Source: Saccostrea echinata | Lineage: Eukaryota | Length of the DNA stretch: 64,000 nucleotides | Reading direction: 5' to 3' | Assembly (NCBI RefSeq): GCF_033153115.1 | Contig: NW_026889794.1 | Coordinates: 4,278,001 to 4,342,000 of the forward strand | Part shown: positions 38,901 through 50,469 of the stretch, piece by piece | How the letters are laid out: every line of letters starts with the position of its first letter | Position numbering within the stretch: position 1 is the stretch's first letter | Made by a program: the position numbers and the translations under genes | Notes under the pieces: generated by a model | The model's input: only the letters and a program-made list of their open reading frames with translations | What the model was told of the DNA's origin: nothing | Databases searched by the model: none

Positions 38901-41900
38901 TTAATTATTCAATTGCAATATCCAACACATCAATCACAGAGCCTGTAAATTAAGGCAAAGCTCTAAAGGTCCGTGAATAATACATGACGCCCTCTCAACC
39001 CCCTTGTCGATCTGAACGACATCAAACCAAGAGCCGCGGCCTCTGGGAACAACGACTGCAGCGCCACTCTAACTTAATGGGACATTTCGCCGCTGTATCA
39101 ATCCTGGAAATTCCTACTGGACAAGTTTTCTCGATTGTGGTTGCTAACTGAAGAAATTTTGTCACGTTCATTTAATTCCAGATATGGAATTCTACAAATC
39201 GTCTGTTTTTCCCCGGAAATAATCCATGAAATATTTTATTCCTCTTAACTGGAAATTGACTAAGTCAAGTAAAGGTTTACTTTTCTTTCCACAGTGCGAA
39301 GTGATACCTGGTTATGGCTTCCGTCGGGGCGGTTACCAGTGCGTTTGTAAGCCCGGATATTACTACCCATGGTGGCATGACGGACCTTTCCTTGGGATTG
39401 AAATTGAGCAGGCTACCGGGACCGAATACGACGCTTGGTTTGATTGTCTGGCTGTGGAAGGTAAGTATTGACATTTATAATAAAAATGTGTGTCTTTTTA
39501 AAGTCAATCATTTTTTTTCAAAAAATAAGCAGTGACATGCTGTCTTTGACTGTAGAACAAATGGTGCCTCCCAATGAGATGCCAAGCTTTGTGGAAAGAA
39601 AGAAAAGATCTTCCTCTCTTCAGGACCGTTTCATTGACGTCATTTCTGCTGCTGACTCTAGCCCGCGTGTTTCAATGGGAAAACTATCTACTACAGAGAA
39701 TGCAGGGAAAAGACAAAAACGTTCTGCCTCAAAGAAAGTCAACAAGTTGGTGGCAAAGAGATCTGCATTTAAAACAGTCAAACAAAGAATGCAGGAGCGA
39801 AGATTTATACCTCGGTACCCCGGAGAGAAGAGATTTATGAGGCATAAACGAGATCTATTTGATCAGGAAATGTACTCAAGAATGGAAAAGATTTTATACC
39901 GAAAGCAAACCACGAATAAAGAGAACTGCATGACAAAGCCAGATTATGAGTTGTACTTACCGGGTGATGCAGGATATGGCGCTGACAAACGATTCGAAGC
40001 CGAGGCTCGCACTGCATTGAGATTGGCACACTTTCTGTGTGATTTCCTTCAAAACATCGACGAATATGAAGACTTCGGAAGTGTAAGAGGAGACAAGAGA
40101 TTAAATGAGACACACATATTTGGTGAAGTTCTCGCAAATGTCATGAGCAACTTCAAAATTCTAGGCAGTGGCGTTTTCTTTGATCGCTACAAGTTCCGAA
40201 TGTCGCCGCCTATTAATAACACTGATCCCCGATTTGTACACGGTATCACCCGGGAGTACTTCGGACCATTTGCATACACATATATGTCTGCAGATACCGA
40301 CGGATTGGAAAAGTTCCGTGCTTTAGACTATGCTGGTCTGAAATCTCCATATACCCAAAAGAGGTGGTTTAGAGACATGAAGGCAAGATGGCAAACGAAC
40401 TTTGAGGGCCTGAAACAATACACCGCCAAGCCTATGGTTCGTTCTGACCCTAACGGAACTAGCTTAGTGAGATGGGAGCACTACCCATTAAAATATTTTG
40501 CTCCAAAATATGAACACGGAGAATGGCTGAGACCTACCTTTAAGTGTGATGGAATGGTAGATGAGTGGGTCGTGACATACATAGCACCATTCTTTGGAAC
40601 GAATGCATTAAAGACTCGGCTAGAATTTCAGTAAGTCCGGACATATATTATTAGTCGAAAGCAGTTTTTACTTTTGTATAATATTTAAGTATACCGGTAC
40701 TAGCGTAGTAACATTTATTCTATTTCTCTTTCAGTGGAGTGGTTACAGTTGATGTCAAGTTAGACTTCTTAGAAATCCATCAGTGTCCTGGAGATTATTC
40801 GGTGGCAAATGCATTCAAAAACACAGCGCGTTGCCACTTTAAATCGCAATATGTAAGTGAAGCAAACCTTCATGTACTGTTCAAACACAAATAACTGGCG
40901 ATATTCACTATAGTTTCCACCTAGAAGTTATTAATGTATTCTTAGATATTTTTGTATTTATTGCAACTATAATCTTAGTATGCATGAAGTAGCTTCTCTT
41001 TATTTATAAACTTTCTCTACTGCTTTATTTTCTCTAAGCGGAAGTTTTTCCTGTTGGTCGTTCTTGGCACTGGCGGAATAATCACGTGACAAGTATAGTG
41101 GTTGTTCCCTTGTGTCAATAATGAACTCGAGGAAAGTCGCCATATTCTTAAACAGCCTTCAATGTATATTTCTCGGTACTATATCTACTGTTAACAAAAT
41201 GTATTTTTAAACAGTATCTCTCCCTAAAATATTACTTTAATTTCTTTTATCATCAAGAATTTAGTTTGCATGCAAAGATTATTTTTTTCACCCTTCTCAT
41301 TATTTGCGTCTTTCAAAAGCTTCAAGTTTCAGTCTTTTTTTGTTTTATTTCGCCGCATGCACGAAATGCATTTGTAATCTTACGATAGATGCAAGCTCTC
41401 TTTTGAAAGATAAATACGTCAATCTACGAGTGTTATGATGTCTAAAGAAGGAATTTAATAACAACTCGCAACTCAACTTTGAAGTATTTTTCTTTTGCAG
41501 TGTATACCTTTACCTCTACAAACCCCCACCCAGCGCTACCTCCGAGGAGGGTACAAGTGCGAGTGTCGTCAAGGTTACGAGTACCCCTTCAATGACCTCA
41601 GCTGGTTCTTCGATGGTCAGATGATGGAAGAGGAATATAACAAAATGTTACGAGGAGAGCCCAATAGGTATCGTCTGCTGATGACGCGCTTATGTTTGCT
41701 GATTACGTATTTATGTTTCATATTTAGAATAATCAAAACAATTGAAAATATATACTTACCATGGGACAAACAAAGTACTTGAGATGCCTTGGAACTACGT
41801 GCATCCTAATCCTACCAGACCAGTAGGATTTTTTTTATCATGCATTTGCATTATGTATAACATTTTAAATTTCTTATTACAGATACGACACGCTGAAATG

Positions 41901-41988
41901 CAGAATAGCTGGAGCGGCCTCCATTACATTGAGCTGGGTGCTTCTGTCAATATCTTCTTTTATCTATCTTCTCTGGACTCGTATCTAA
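35946..41988 (+). CDS. Secreted/GPI-anchored protein with two tandem GPR158/GPR179-type ectodomain modules (Cache + EGF-like), no 7TM; 7 exons, about 903 aa
   Basis: Exons 35946-36898, 37300-37426, 39295-39460, 39556-40630, 40735-40852, 41501-41667 and 41883-41988 (2712 nt, GT-AG, in frame). Signal peptide MGFLRCAFTCVILALFFVWTGSG. Module 1: WSKPYFDCGRSNKWIVTASAP...DINPC...GTARC...GFRRGGYQCVCKPGYYYP. Module 2: WLRPTFKCDGMVDEWVVTYIAPFF...EIHQC...NTARC...RGGYKCECRQGYEYP. Ends CRIAGAASITLSWVLLSISSFIYLLWTRI*. Confidence 0.88.
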
Positions 41989-44192
41989 ATATTACAGTGC
42001 ATTTCCTAATTTAAATTTTCTTTTTTCCCCTTTGAAATCTGTTCTAGTCTTCTACGCAAGTAAGTACAGAAAAGTAACCGGAAAATAACCATGGGTCACA
42101 TTTTAGACCAAAAATACAAATATCTGAATTATGATATACATGCATGATGATTTTTTTTTTACATTCTTAAAGTAATAAATTATTTGGAATAACTAGTTTG
42201 CAGGATTTTTTAAATTGATTGACGTGTTTTTCAGTATAAATGCTCAAAAACAATGTTATCATTAAATATTTTAAGTTGTTTTTATCATTATTATATGATT
42301 ATACTGTTACAATTTTACTTTGTAAACTGTAACCTCGTGCCATTAATGCCAAAATGATTGTTCGTTGTTAGTGCAGTTGAAATGTATAAATGCTTGTGAT
42401 TTTAAATCGAATGTACGTATATGATTCAATGAAAATTAACGAATGTATGCAAGACCGCTTGAAAAGGCATCCATTTAATGTATTTTATGTATATATCTAC
42501 CTGTAATGGGCATACAATATTGTATAAATAGATCATATACATATACATGTATTTTTTTTTAACATAAGTGCTTTTAAAATCTAACGCTTCTACGTATGCA
42601 AGAACTTTGTTTTCTCGTGCCATGTATATAATTATGATTTCACATACAGAAGGCATATTACCCAAGAAATCTTCAGAATGGTCAATAAACTTCTGTTTCT
42701 CTAACCTTATCATGTCACTTTGTTACCAAGAACTTTGGTGTATAACCTAGAAAATTCCACTACTGTTGAATACATGTCAAATTCATTAATTGTTTTGTTT
42801 TTATACATGTTTCCTTGATAAAATATTTTTGAATTCTAGAAAATATCTAGTCTAAAAGCCATATTTTTATGAACTACGTATACCGGGGGAATAGGTAAGG
42901 CGCCTTAATTGTGATTTTTTTATTGTATGTAAGTATGTACATAATATTTTCATAGATTATTTTTTTATACTACCATGAAATGATAATAAAAATGAACAAA
43001 TACAAACAGGGTGTTTTGATTGTTTCTATAAATCATGGAGTTTTGAAAGTATATCGTTATGCAGGTTGAAGGTTACATAGCGTTTGCGAAATTAAATATT
43101 GAGAGACAAATGCAGTTCTATTTCAACGAAGTGGTGCATTATTTGAGACGAATAAGGTGTTGAACAAATAGAAACGAGTAAAATATATCTCTGTTTGTGA
43201 TGAATTCTACCTACAGATAGTGCTTTTGACAGATTTGATTTATCGTGCTGTACCCAGTCACGGACTATGTTACGAATTATTTCACGGAAAAAATCCAGAA
43301 AATATAATGAGACATAATAAACAGCCACGAGAGAGGGATTCTAATATACAACAATTAAAATTAGGCTAGTGTATTGAATGCAAAGAAGAGGACCGTATCT
43401 ATTGAAAAAAAAATGGAGTTTTTTGGATGGAAATTGTACCAAGTAGCATCTTAGGTGATCCGTAGTCCTCCTCTGAAACTCTGAATTCTGTACAGCATGA
43501 TAACGACCTGCCAGTCCATGATTGGCGTCATGTGACAGAGTTGTATCAAATTCTTCCTTTTTTGGTAAGCAGTGAGCCAGGCATCAAAGAGAATAGATAC
43601 ATGTAATTAGTAGAGTGATATTAAATTAATAGCATGACTGGAACGACTATAGTGAACCATACAGTTACTTTTTCGTGTCCGAATTTGAATTATCTCGCTT
43701 GAATCGTACTTCTCAAATATTCTCTTGCAAGTCATGGTCTTTATTCAATTGTAATATGTACTACTCTAAAAAAAGGCTTATAAATATCCACAATATATAC
43801 ATGTCGGTAATCTAGCAACAAATGACACATGAGCCATTAGGCTGACCTGAGTCCAAGTTTCTCGTCATTTACCTTTGTAAAGTGAAATGTATTTGATTGA
43901 TTCCAGGATGGGGGGTGGGGGGGGGGGGGAGGAATTAGAGATCTAAATAAACTATGCAAAGTAAACAGATATGGTCCTTCTCTTATGAAAATGATCATAA
44001 GGGTCACCAATTTTATCAGACAAACATAATTTAGTTTATGCCTTATTCAGGTGGGTATTGTGCATAATGACAAACAATAACTTACAATGGTGGTCAGCCT
44101 CCAACAACAGAGAATACTTGTTTTTTTTTCCTTTATTCAGGACAGGCATTCATCCACTGTAACCTGTACCACTACTGTCCAGTGACTTATAC

Positions 44193-46103
44193 CATGTCCA
44201 TGCATGTGAACAAAGTAAACCTCTAGATGGTTGAACTCTCTATGTCCTTGCATGTGAACAAAATAAACATCTGGGAGGTTGACATATCTATGTCCTTGCA
44301 TGTGAACAATGTAAACCTCTGGGAGATTGACTTCTCTATGTCCTTGCATGTGAACAAATTAAATCAATGAGAGCTTGACATATCTATGTCCTTGCATGTG
44401 AACAAATTAAACCACTGGGAGATTGACATCTCTATGTCATTGCATGTGAACACAATAAACTGCTGTGAGGTCGACCTCTCTATGTCCTTGCATGTGAACA
44501 AAGTAAACCTCTGGGAGGCTGACCTCTCTATGTCCTTGCATGTGATCAAAGTAAACCTCTGGGAGGCTGACCTCTCTATGTCATTGCATGTGAACAATGT
44601 AAACCACTTGGAGGTTGACCTCTCTATGTCCTTGCATGTGAACAAAGTAGACCTCTGGGAAATTGACATCTCTCTGTCCTTGCATGTGAACAATGTATAC
44701 CTCTGGGAGTTTGACATATCTATGTCCTTGCATGTAAACAATGTAAACCTCTGGGAGGCTGACCTCTCTATGTCATTGCATGTGAACAATGTAAACCACT
44801 GGGAGGTTGACCTCTCTATGTCCTTGCATGTGAACAAAGGCCTCTGGGAAGTTGACCTCTTTATGTCCTTGCATATGAACAAAGTAAACCACTGGGAGGT
44901 TGACATCTCTATGTCCTTGCATGTGAATAAAGTAAACCACAGGGAGGTTGACCTCTCTATGTCCTTGCATGTGAAAAAGTAAATCTCTGAGAGGTTGACC
45001 TCTCTATGTCCTTGCATGTGAACAGAGTAAACCTCTGGAAGGTCGACCTCTCTATGTCCTTGCATGTGAACAATGAAAGCCTCTGGGAGACTGACCTCTC
45101 TATGTCCTTGCATGTAAACAATGTAAACCACTTGGAGGTTGACCTCTCTATGTCTTTGTATGTGAACAAAGTAGACCTCTGGGAGGTTGACATCTCTTTG
45201 TCCTTGCTTGTGAACAAATTAAACCTCTGGGAGGTTGACATATCTATGTCCTTGCATGTGAACAATGAAAACCTCTGGGAGGCTGACCTCTCTATGTCAT
45301 TGCGTGTGAACAATATGAACCACTCAGAGGTTGACCTTTCTATGTCCTTGCATGTGAACATAGTAGACCTCTGGGAGGTTGACATCTCTTTGTCCTTGCA
45401 TGTGATCAAAGTAAACCACTGGGAGGTCGACCTCTGTATGTCCTTGCATATAAACAAAGTAAACCACTGGGAGGTCGACCTCTCTATGTCCTTGCATGTG
45501 AACAAAGTAGACCTCTGGGAGGTTGACATCTCTATGTCCTTGCATGTGAACAATAAAAACCTCTGGGAGGCTGACCTCTCTATGTCCTTGCATATGAAAA
45601 AGTAAACCACTGGGAGGTTGACATCTCTATGTCCTTGCATGTAAACAATGTAATCCACTTGGAGGTTGACATATCTATGTCCTTGCATGTGAACAATGTA
45701 AACCGCTGGGAGGCTGACCCCTCTATGTCATTGCATGTGAACAATGTAAACCACTGGGAGGTGACCTCTCTATGTTCTTGCATATGAACAAAGTAGACTG
45801 TGGGAGATTGATATCTCTATGTCCTTGCATACGAACAAAGTAAACCACTGGAGGTTGACCTCTCTATGTTCTTGCATATGAACAAAGTAAACCTCTGGGA
45901 GGTTGACCTCTCTTTGTTCTTGCATGTAAACAAATTAAAACAACTGGGAGGTCAACCTTTCTTTGTCCTTGCATGTGAACAAAGTAATCCTCTGGGAAGT
46001 TGACCTCTCTATGTCCTTGCATACGAACAAAGTAAACCACTGGAGGTTGACCTCTCTATGTCCTTGCATATGAACAAAGTAAACCTCTTGGAGGTTGACC
46101 TTT
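44193..46103. repeat. 48-bp minisatellite, about 40 copies
   Basis: Unit TATGTCCTTGCATGTGAACAAAGTAAACCTCTGGGAGGTTGACCTCTC. It accounts for all the repetitive ORFs between 44137 and 46132. Confidence 0.95.
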
Positions 46104-46644
46104 CCATGGTCGACCCCTGGATAGTTAGTCAAACCTGAACATCACAGGTACAAAGAAATATAACTGCAATAATGTAGCCTTCTCCGATTTTTTTTTTTTT
46201 TGGGGGGGGGGGGGGGGAGAGGGCTACAACTACTTTGGATCTCCGTAATGGTTCAAGTGCTGGAGTGATTCACTGCCGCACAGATTTCGGCTCAAATTAT
46301 CAGTAAGTGGGTATTTTATTAACATATCTTACCTGAACTCATAAAATGTAGTTATGCAAGACATGAATTGATCCAAAAATATACAGAACAATCAATATAT
46401 CGGTTATTTTTCATGTATGTCAACATCACAACTTGAATTTATCCGCCATGTTTACTGACCTTGATCGATTTTATTTTGGGACAACCAATGAGAATTCGGG
46501 ATCTAGGGGAGCGGATCGTTCAGGATTTCCCTTATTTAAAGCATAAATATCACTATTTTATGAAAAAAATATCACATGGAATGGTTTTATTCATCGATGT
46601 TTAGTGATAACATACAGCACAAACATTTATCAATACCGACATTT

Positions 46645-46890
46645 ACAATACAAATGAGAAATTATACAATACGAATGGAAAATTATAGAATACAAATAAA
46701 AATTAAACAATACAAATAAAAATTATACAATACAAATAGAAAAATTATACAATTCAAATATAAAAATATAAAATACAGATGGAGAATTATAGAATACAAA
46801 TAAAAAAAATTTCAATACAAATGAAAAATTATAGAATACAAATGGAAAATTTTACAATACAAAAGGAAACTTATACAATGCAAATGGAAA
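46645..46890. repeat. About 20-21-bp AT-rich tandem repeat
   Basis: Repeated AATTATA(C/G)AATACAAAT(G/A)(G/A)AA, roughly 11-12 copies. Confidence 0.85.
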
Positions 46891-49627
46891 AGATCGAATA
46901 TTGCAACGGTTGACATGTCATAACTTTTGTTAAAAAATGGTTCTTGATCCTTGACGATGTCCTACTACTGAATAAGTTTTTGAATAAACTTGATATCTAC
47001 ATTTCATTGTACATCATTGTATAAAGATTTTTGTATGTAAACATCTAAGTCAATCTTTGAAGTTAAATTGCTCCGCCATTATACTCCCACCGACTCAAAT
47101 AAATCTCGGGATGCTTTACGTATCCGACCCATTGTAAGCCTGCTATTTTATTTTGCAATAATCCTAACAATATGAATCTTCACTATTCAGAAATGTTTTG
47201 TACATTTCTTTTTGAGCCAGTGATTCTCCATGCAGAATCATGTCCTTTTAAAATGATCCCCACGAACGACTAATTATTTAGAGCTACAGCTAATGGCCCT
47301 TCATTTGGAAAAGGTATTTTTCCTTTAAAAAGGGTGCTTATTGCAAAGGTTGGTAGAAATTGGTCCTTTAATTCTGGAGGAAAAAAAAACAACACAAAAC
47401 AGACACCTCGACGGACAGAGGAAGAAACTTATTTGTAACTTAAGTTCAAATGACTGATAAAGAACCAAGAGTTTTCAATACACTAGCGAAGAACTCTGCA
47501 CGTACCACAACAAGTAAAGTCATCCATGTACTCTGATGTCCTCCGGAAGCCAGGAGAGTAAATCATCGCATGTCTTTCCCAGTATTGAACTATTGGTGGT
47601 TCCAAGAGGACAACAGAAAGGTTAAATAAATATTCTAGGACCTGGAAGTCAATGGACAACAAATTTGTATCTGGATGGATACACATTTTTCTTTTCATAC
47701 ATTTTTAAAGCTAAAAAATTCAATTGGCTTTTAAATATATTAATTTTTAGGTCCTAATGAAATTAAAATTATATTACTTTGTCTGTAGATTTAAAAAAGG
47801 CAGATAAATCGATACATTTATGCACTCGTACATGTACACTAGTTAAATGCAAAGAAAATTCTAGCTAAAATATGCAATTCTTTCCATTAAGTGAAAGTAT
47901 GACAAAGTTTTCCTATTGTTGTATTTATTCCAAAGGCCTTAAGATATTTCCTACTTTTTTCTACTTCAAATATTTGAATCAATTAATCTTAGTTAGGTTT
48001 AACACACTTTCTACCTTGACATAAATGAAATCCATTGCCCTCAATTATCAGCCATCTACAAATAATACACTACAAATAAAGACCATTGACGGATTAGCAT
48101 TGTTCTACAATGAAGTCTGATTAAATATTCCTTTTTACTAACCAGAGTAGATATCGAGGCAAGCGTATTAAAAACCTTTGGACCATTCAACACAAAGATT
48201 AACCCGACGATTTGTTTCTTTTTTCTCCTGGATAAGGCACCCTATTGCCAGAGTGCAAGATCCTTGTCAACGTTTTAACGCCTGATGTTTATCGACGGGT
48301 AAATCGCAACAAATGTTCCCATGCTTTAATTATAAATGAGGGACGGTGTATCTTAATTAAACCTTCTATATTAAGGTAGGTGGTTTAGGTATCTAGATGC
48401 GTTGTTAATGACCACAATCGGGATCTGTTGCATACGCTTAGACACGAACCGTAAATACTCCTGTAGCTTAATTCTGGGGAATGGATAGCTAAAGAGGCTG
48501 GATTTTGAAGTGATGCTTTCATAAGTATATTGGTAGGTAAAATATTAAAAAGAAAGTAAAACGCAAAAAGTGTGTAGAAGTGTTAAGAAAATAAACCTAA
48601 TAATTCAAATATAGGTAGTGATTAACAAGTGGAGAAATACCAAGGTTTTTGTTTTTTCTTTTTATATTTTTTTATCGATCAAAGATATACTTTTATAATG
48701 ACAAATGAAGCTGAAGTACACGGAGTTAAATGTTTGATAGGCGACTATTTTTTCTTCAACTTAAATTCCAGGTTTCAATGACAAAATACGATATTATTTG
48801 CTATTGCACTCATCAACTTTGTATTTCATGCATTTTACTTTTTGGAAAAAATAGATTTTCATGATTAACCTTTTCAGTTTGAGTTTTTAAATTGTGACAA
48901 ATTCCTTGCATCTTGTTACATGTAGATGACTTTCAATAAACTGCATCTATTACATCATTATGAAATGGAAGTGCCACCTATCAGGAACATATGTTTTTAT
49001 TAAATATGAAGATATTAATAATTTCTACATTCAAATTGTTGGAATTTTTAACTTTGTTTTGCGAGGTCACCAATATAAAGAATTAAAATTCTGTTGACAG
49101 GTCTTACCGATTTTTATGTGGACAACAATTTCATTGTCAAAGCATGTGTGCTACCGAGTAATTAAATACTTACAATCAAACATGTGCATTTAAATCCTAT
49201 GTATTTGCTTTAATTTAATCAATATTTGTTGAAATGCAGAGATTAAGATGTCATCGTGAAATGGCTTTATTAAAGGACCCTTTATTCTAAAGTTACCTCT
49301 ATGTATAGATTTTTTAAATCTTAAAAATGTTTCAGATCAAATTTTTCACTCAACTGTTACATTAAATATCAGTAATATATTAAATTCATATGCTGTAGAA
49401 GTGTACTCAAAGTTACACTTTGGAAAACGCTCTATCAAATACATGTATGGCGCATTCAAACCCATGAACTCTAGAAAGTCCACGCCAGTATTTTAAAAAA
49501 AAAAATATTCTGAATACAAGAATGTTGTATATTGATATATATTAGGAATACTGATACTGTTTTAAAGACAAACCAAAATAAAATTCTTCCACAATTATAT
49601 CTCCTTTTTCAGACAGTGAACAATACC

Positions 49628-49879
49628 ATGCCTATCATGTGGCCTTGTCCGGGAAATCCAAAATGCAGAAAAATTTACCTCTATGGTCGAGGACTGAAGG
49701 CACATATTGCTTCCTGTAAGCATGCGCAGTCCAAAAGAGTTCGTGGAAGACGGGAAGCTTTGGAGACGATGTTCAGTGTGGTGTGTTTTACAGAAAGCAG
49801 AAACTTAGGAAACATCACTCTGGCCAGACGGTCAGTGCCGGACTTCAGATATGAACCTGCTACCCTGATTAGAATTTAA
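49628..49879 (+). CDS. Putative 83-aa microprotein with one C2HC zinc-finger-like motif
   Basis: Acceptor ctcctttttcag at about 49612, then ACCATG. CPGNPKCRKIYLYGRGLKAHIASC has C-x5-C-x12-H-x3-C spacing. GC content is raised relative to the flanks. Confidence 0.45.
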   Translation: MPIMWPCPGNPKCRKIYLYGRGLKAHIASCKHAQSKRVRGRREALETMFSVVCFTESRNLGNITLARRSVPDFRYEPATLIRI

Positions 49880-50469
49880 CAATGCACGGTAGCCTTCTAA
49901 CGCTAGTCATTAACATTATTGTTCAGTGAATTAAAAATGTAATGAAATTCCGTAAAGCATTTGAAGTGCTATGTATAAGTGTTAGTAAAATGGATTCAAA
50001 GTAGCGAATATGATTAAATGTGTTTCAACACTTTTTCAAAAAAGCTTTCTGTTGCATAAAACCAGACTAAAATTATACAAATAAGTCTGCTGCCGAAGAG
50101 GGCATCTTGGAAAAAAATCACGGCAATAAGATTGCTGAAAAATTTTGAATATAAATGAATTAATTTCGTTCTACTATTGTAGTTTAAATGATGTTTAAAT
50201 GAAATATGACAATAAAATGCAAAACGAGTTTGTTTCTTCCAATTGTTTGTTTAAGCAAGATTTGTTGTTTATATTGATTTTATCTTTAAAAAAGTATGTA
50301 TAGGTACCATCAAATACGACGGAATTTATCCTTTTAAGGAGTGGATCAATATAGGTATAGAAAGTGAATCTATGTTCATTAGCCGAATCAAAGAAAACTA
50401 TTGATATTTGAAGATGAACGCTTGCAAAACAAGCCACAATAATTATTCTATAAATTAAATTATAAATAC

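Noticed and set aside
44193-46103. Regular repeat array as a CRISPR locus or a repeat-protein gene
   Set aside because: Units are contiguous with no unique spacers, the DNA is eukaryotic with no cas genes, and indels shift the reading frames.
42600-46450. Scattered exon-like pieces on the minus strand (about 42650-42745, 43200-43300, 43440-43570, 46105-46165) and an AACATGGCG start-like motif at about 46450
   Set aside because: I could not join them into an open frame or recognise a domain. They may be a lncRNA or an old pseudogene, but the sequence alone does not support a call.
41989-50400. Missing 7TM exons of a GPR158-like receptor downstream of the ectodomain gene
   Set aside because: No multi-pass hydrophobic coding exons are visible on the + strand, and exon 7 has an in-frame stop followed by an AT-rich UTR.
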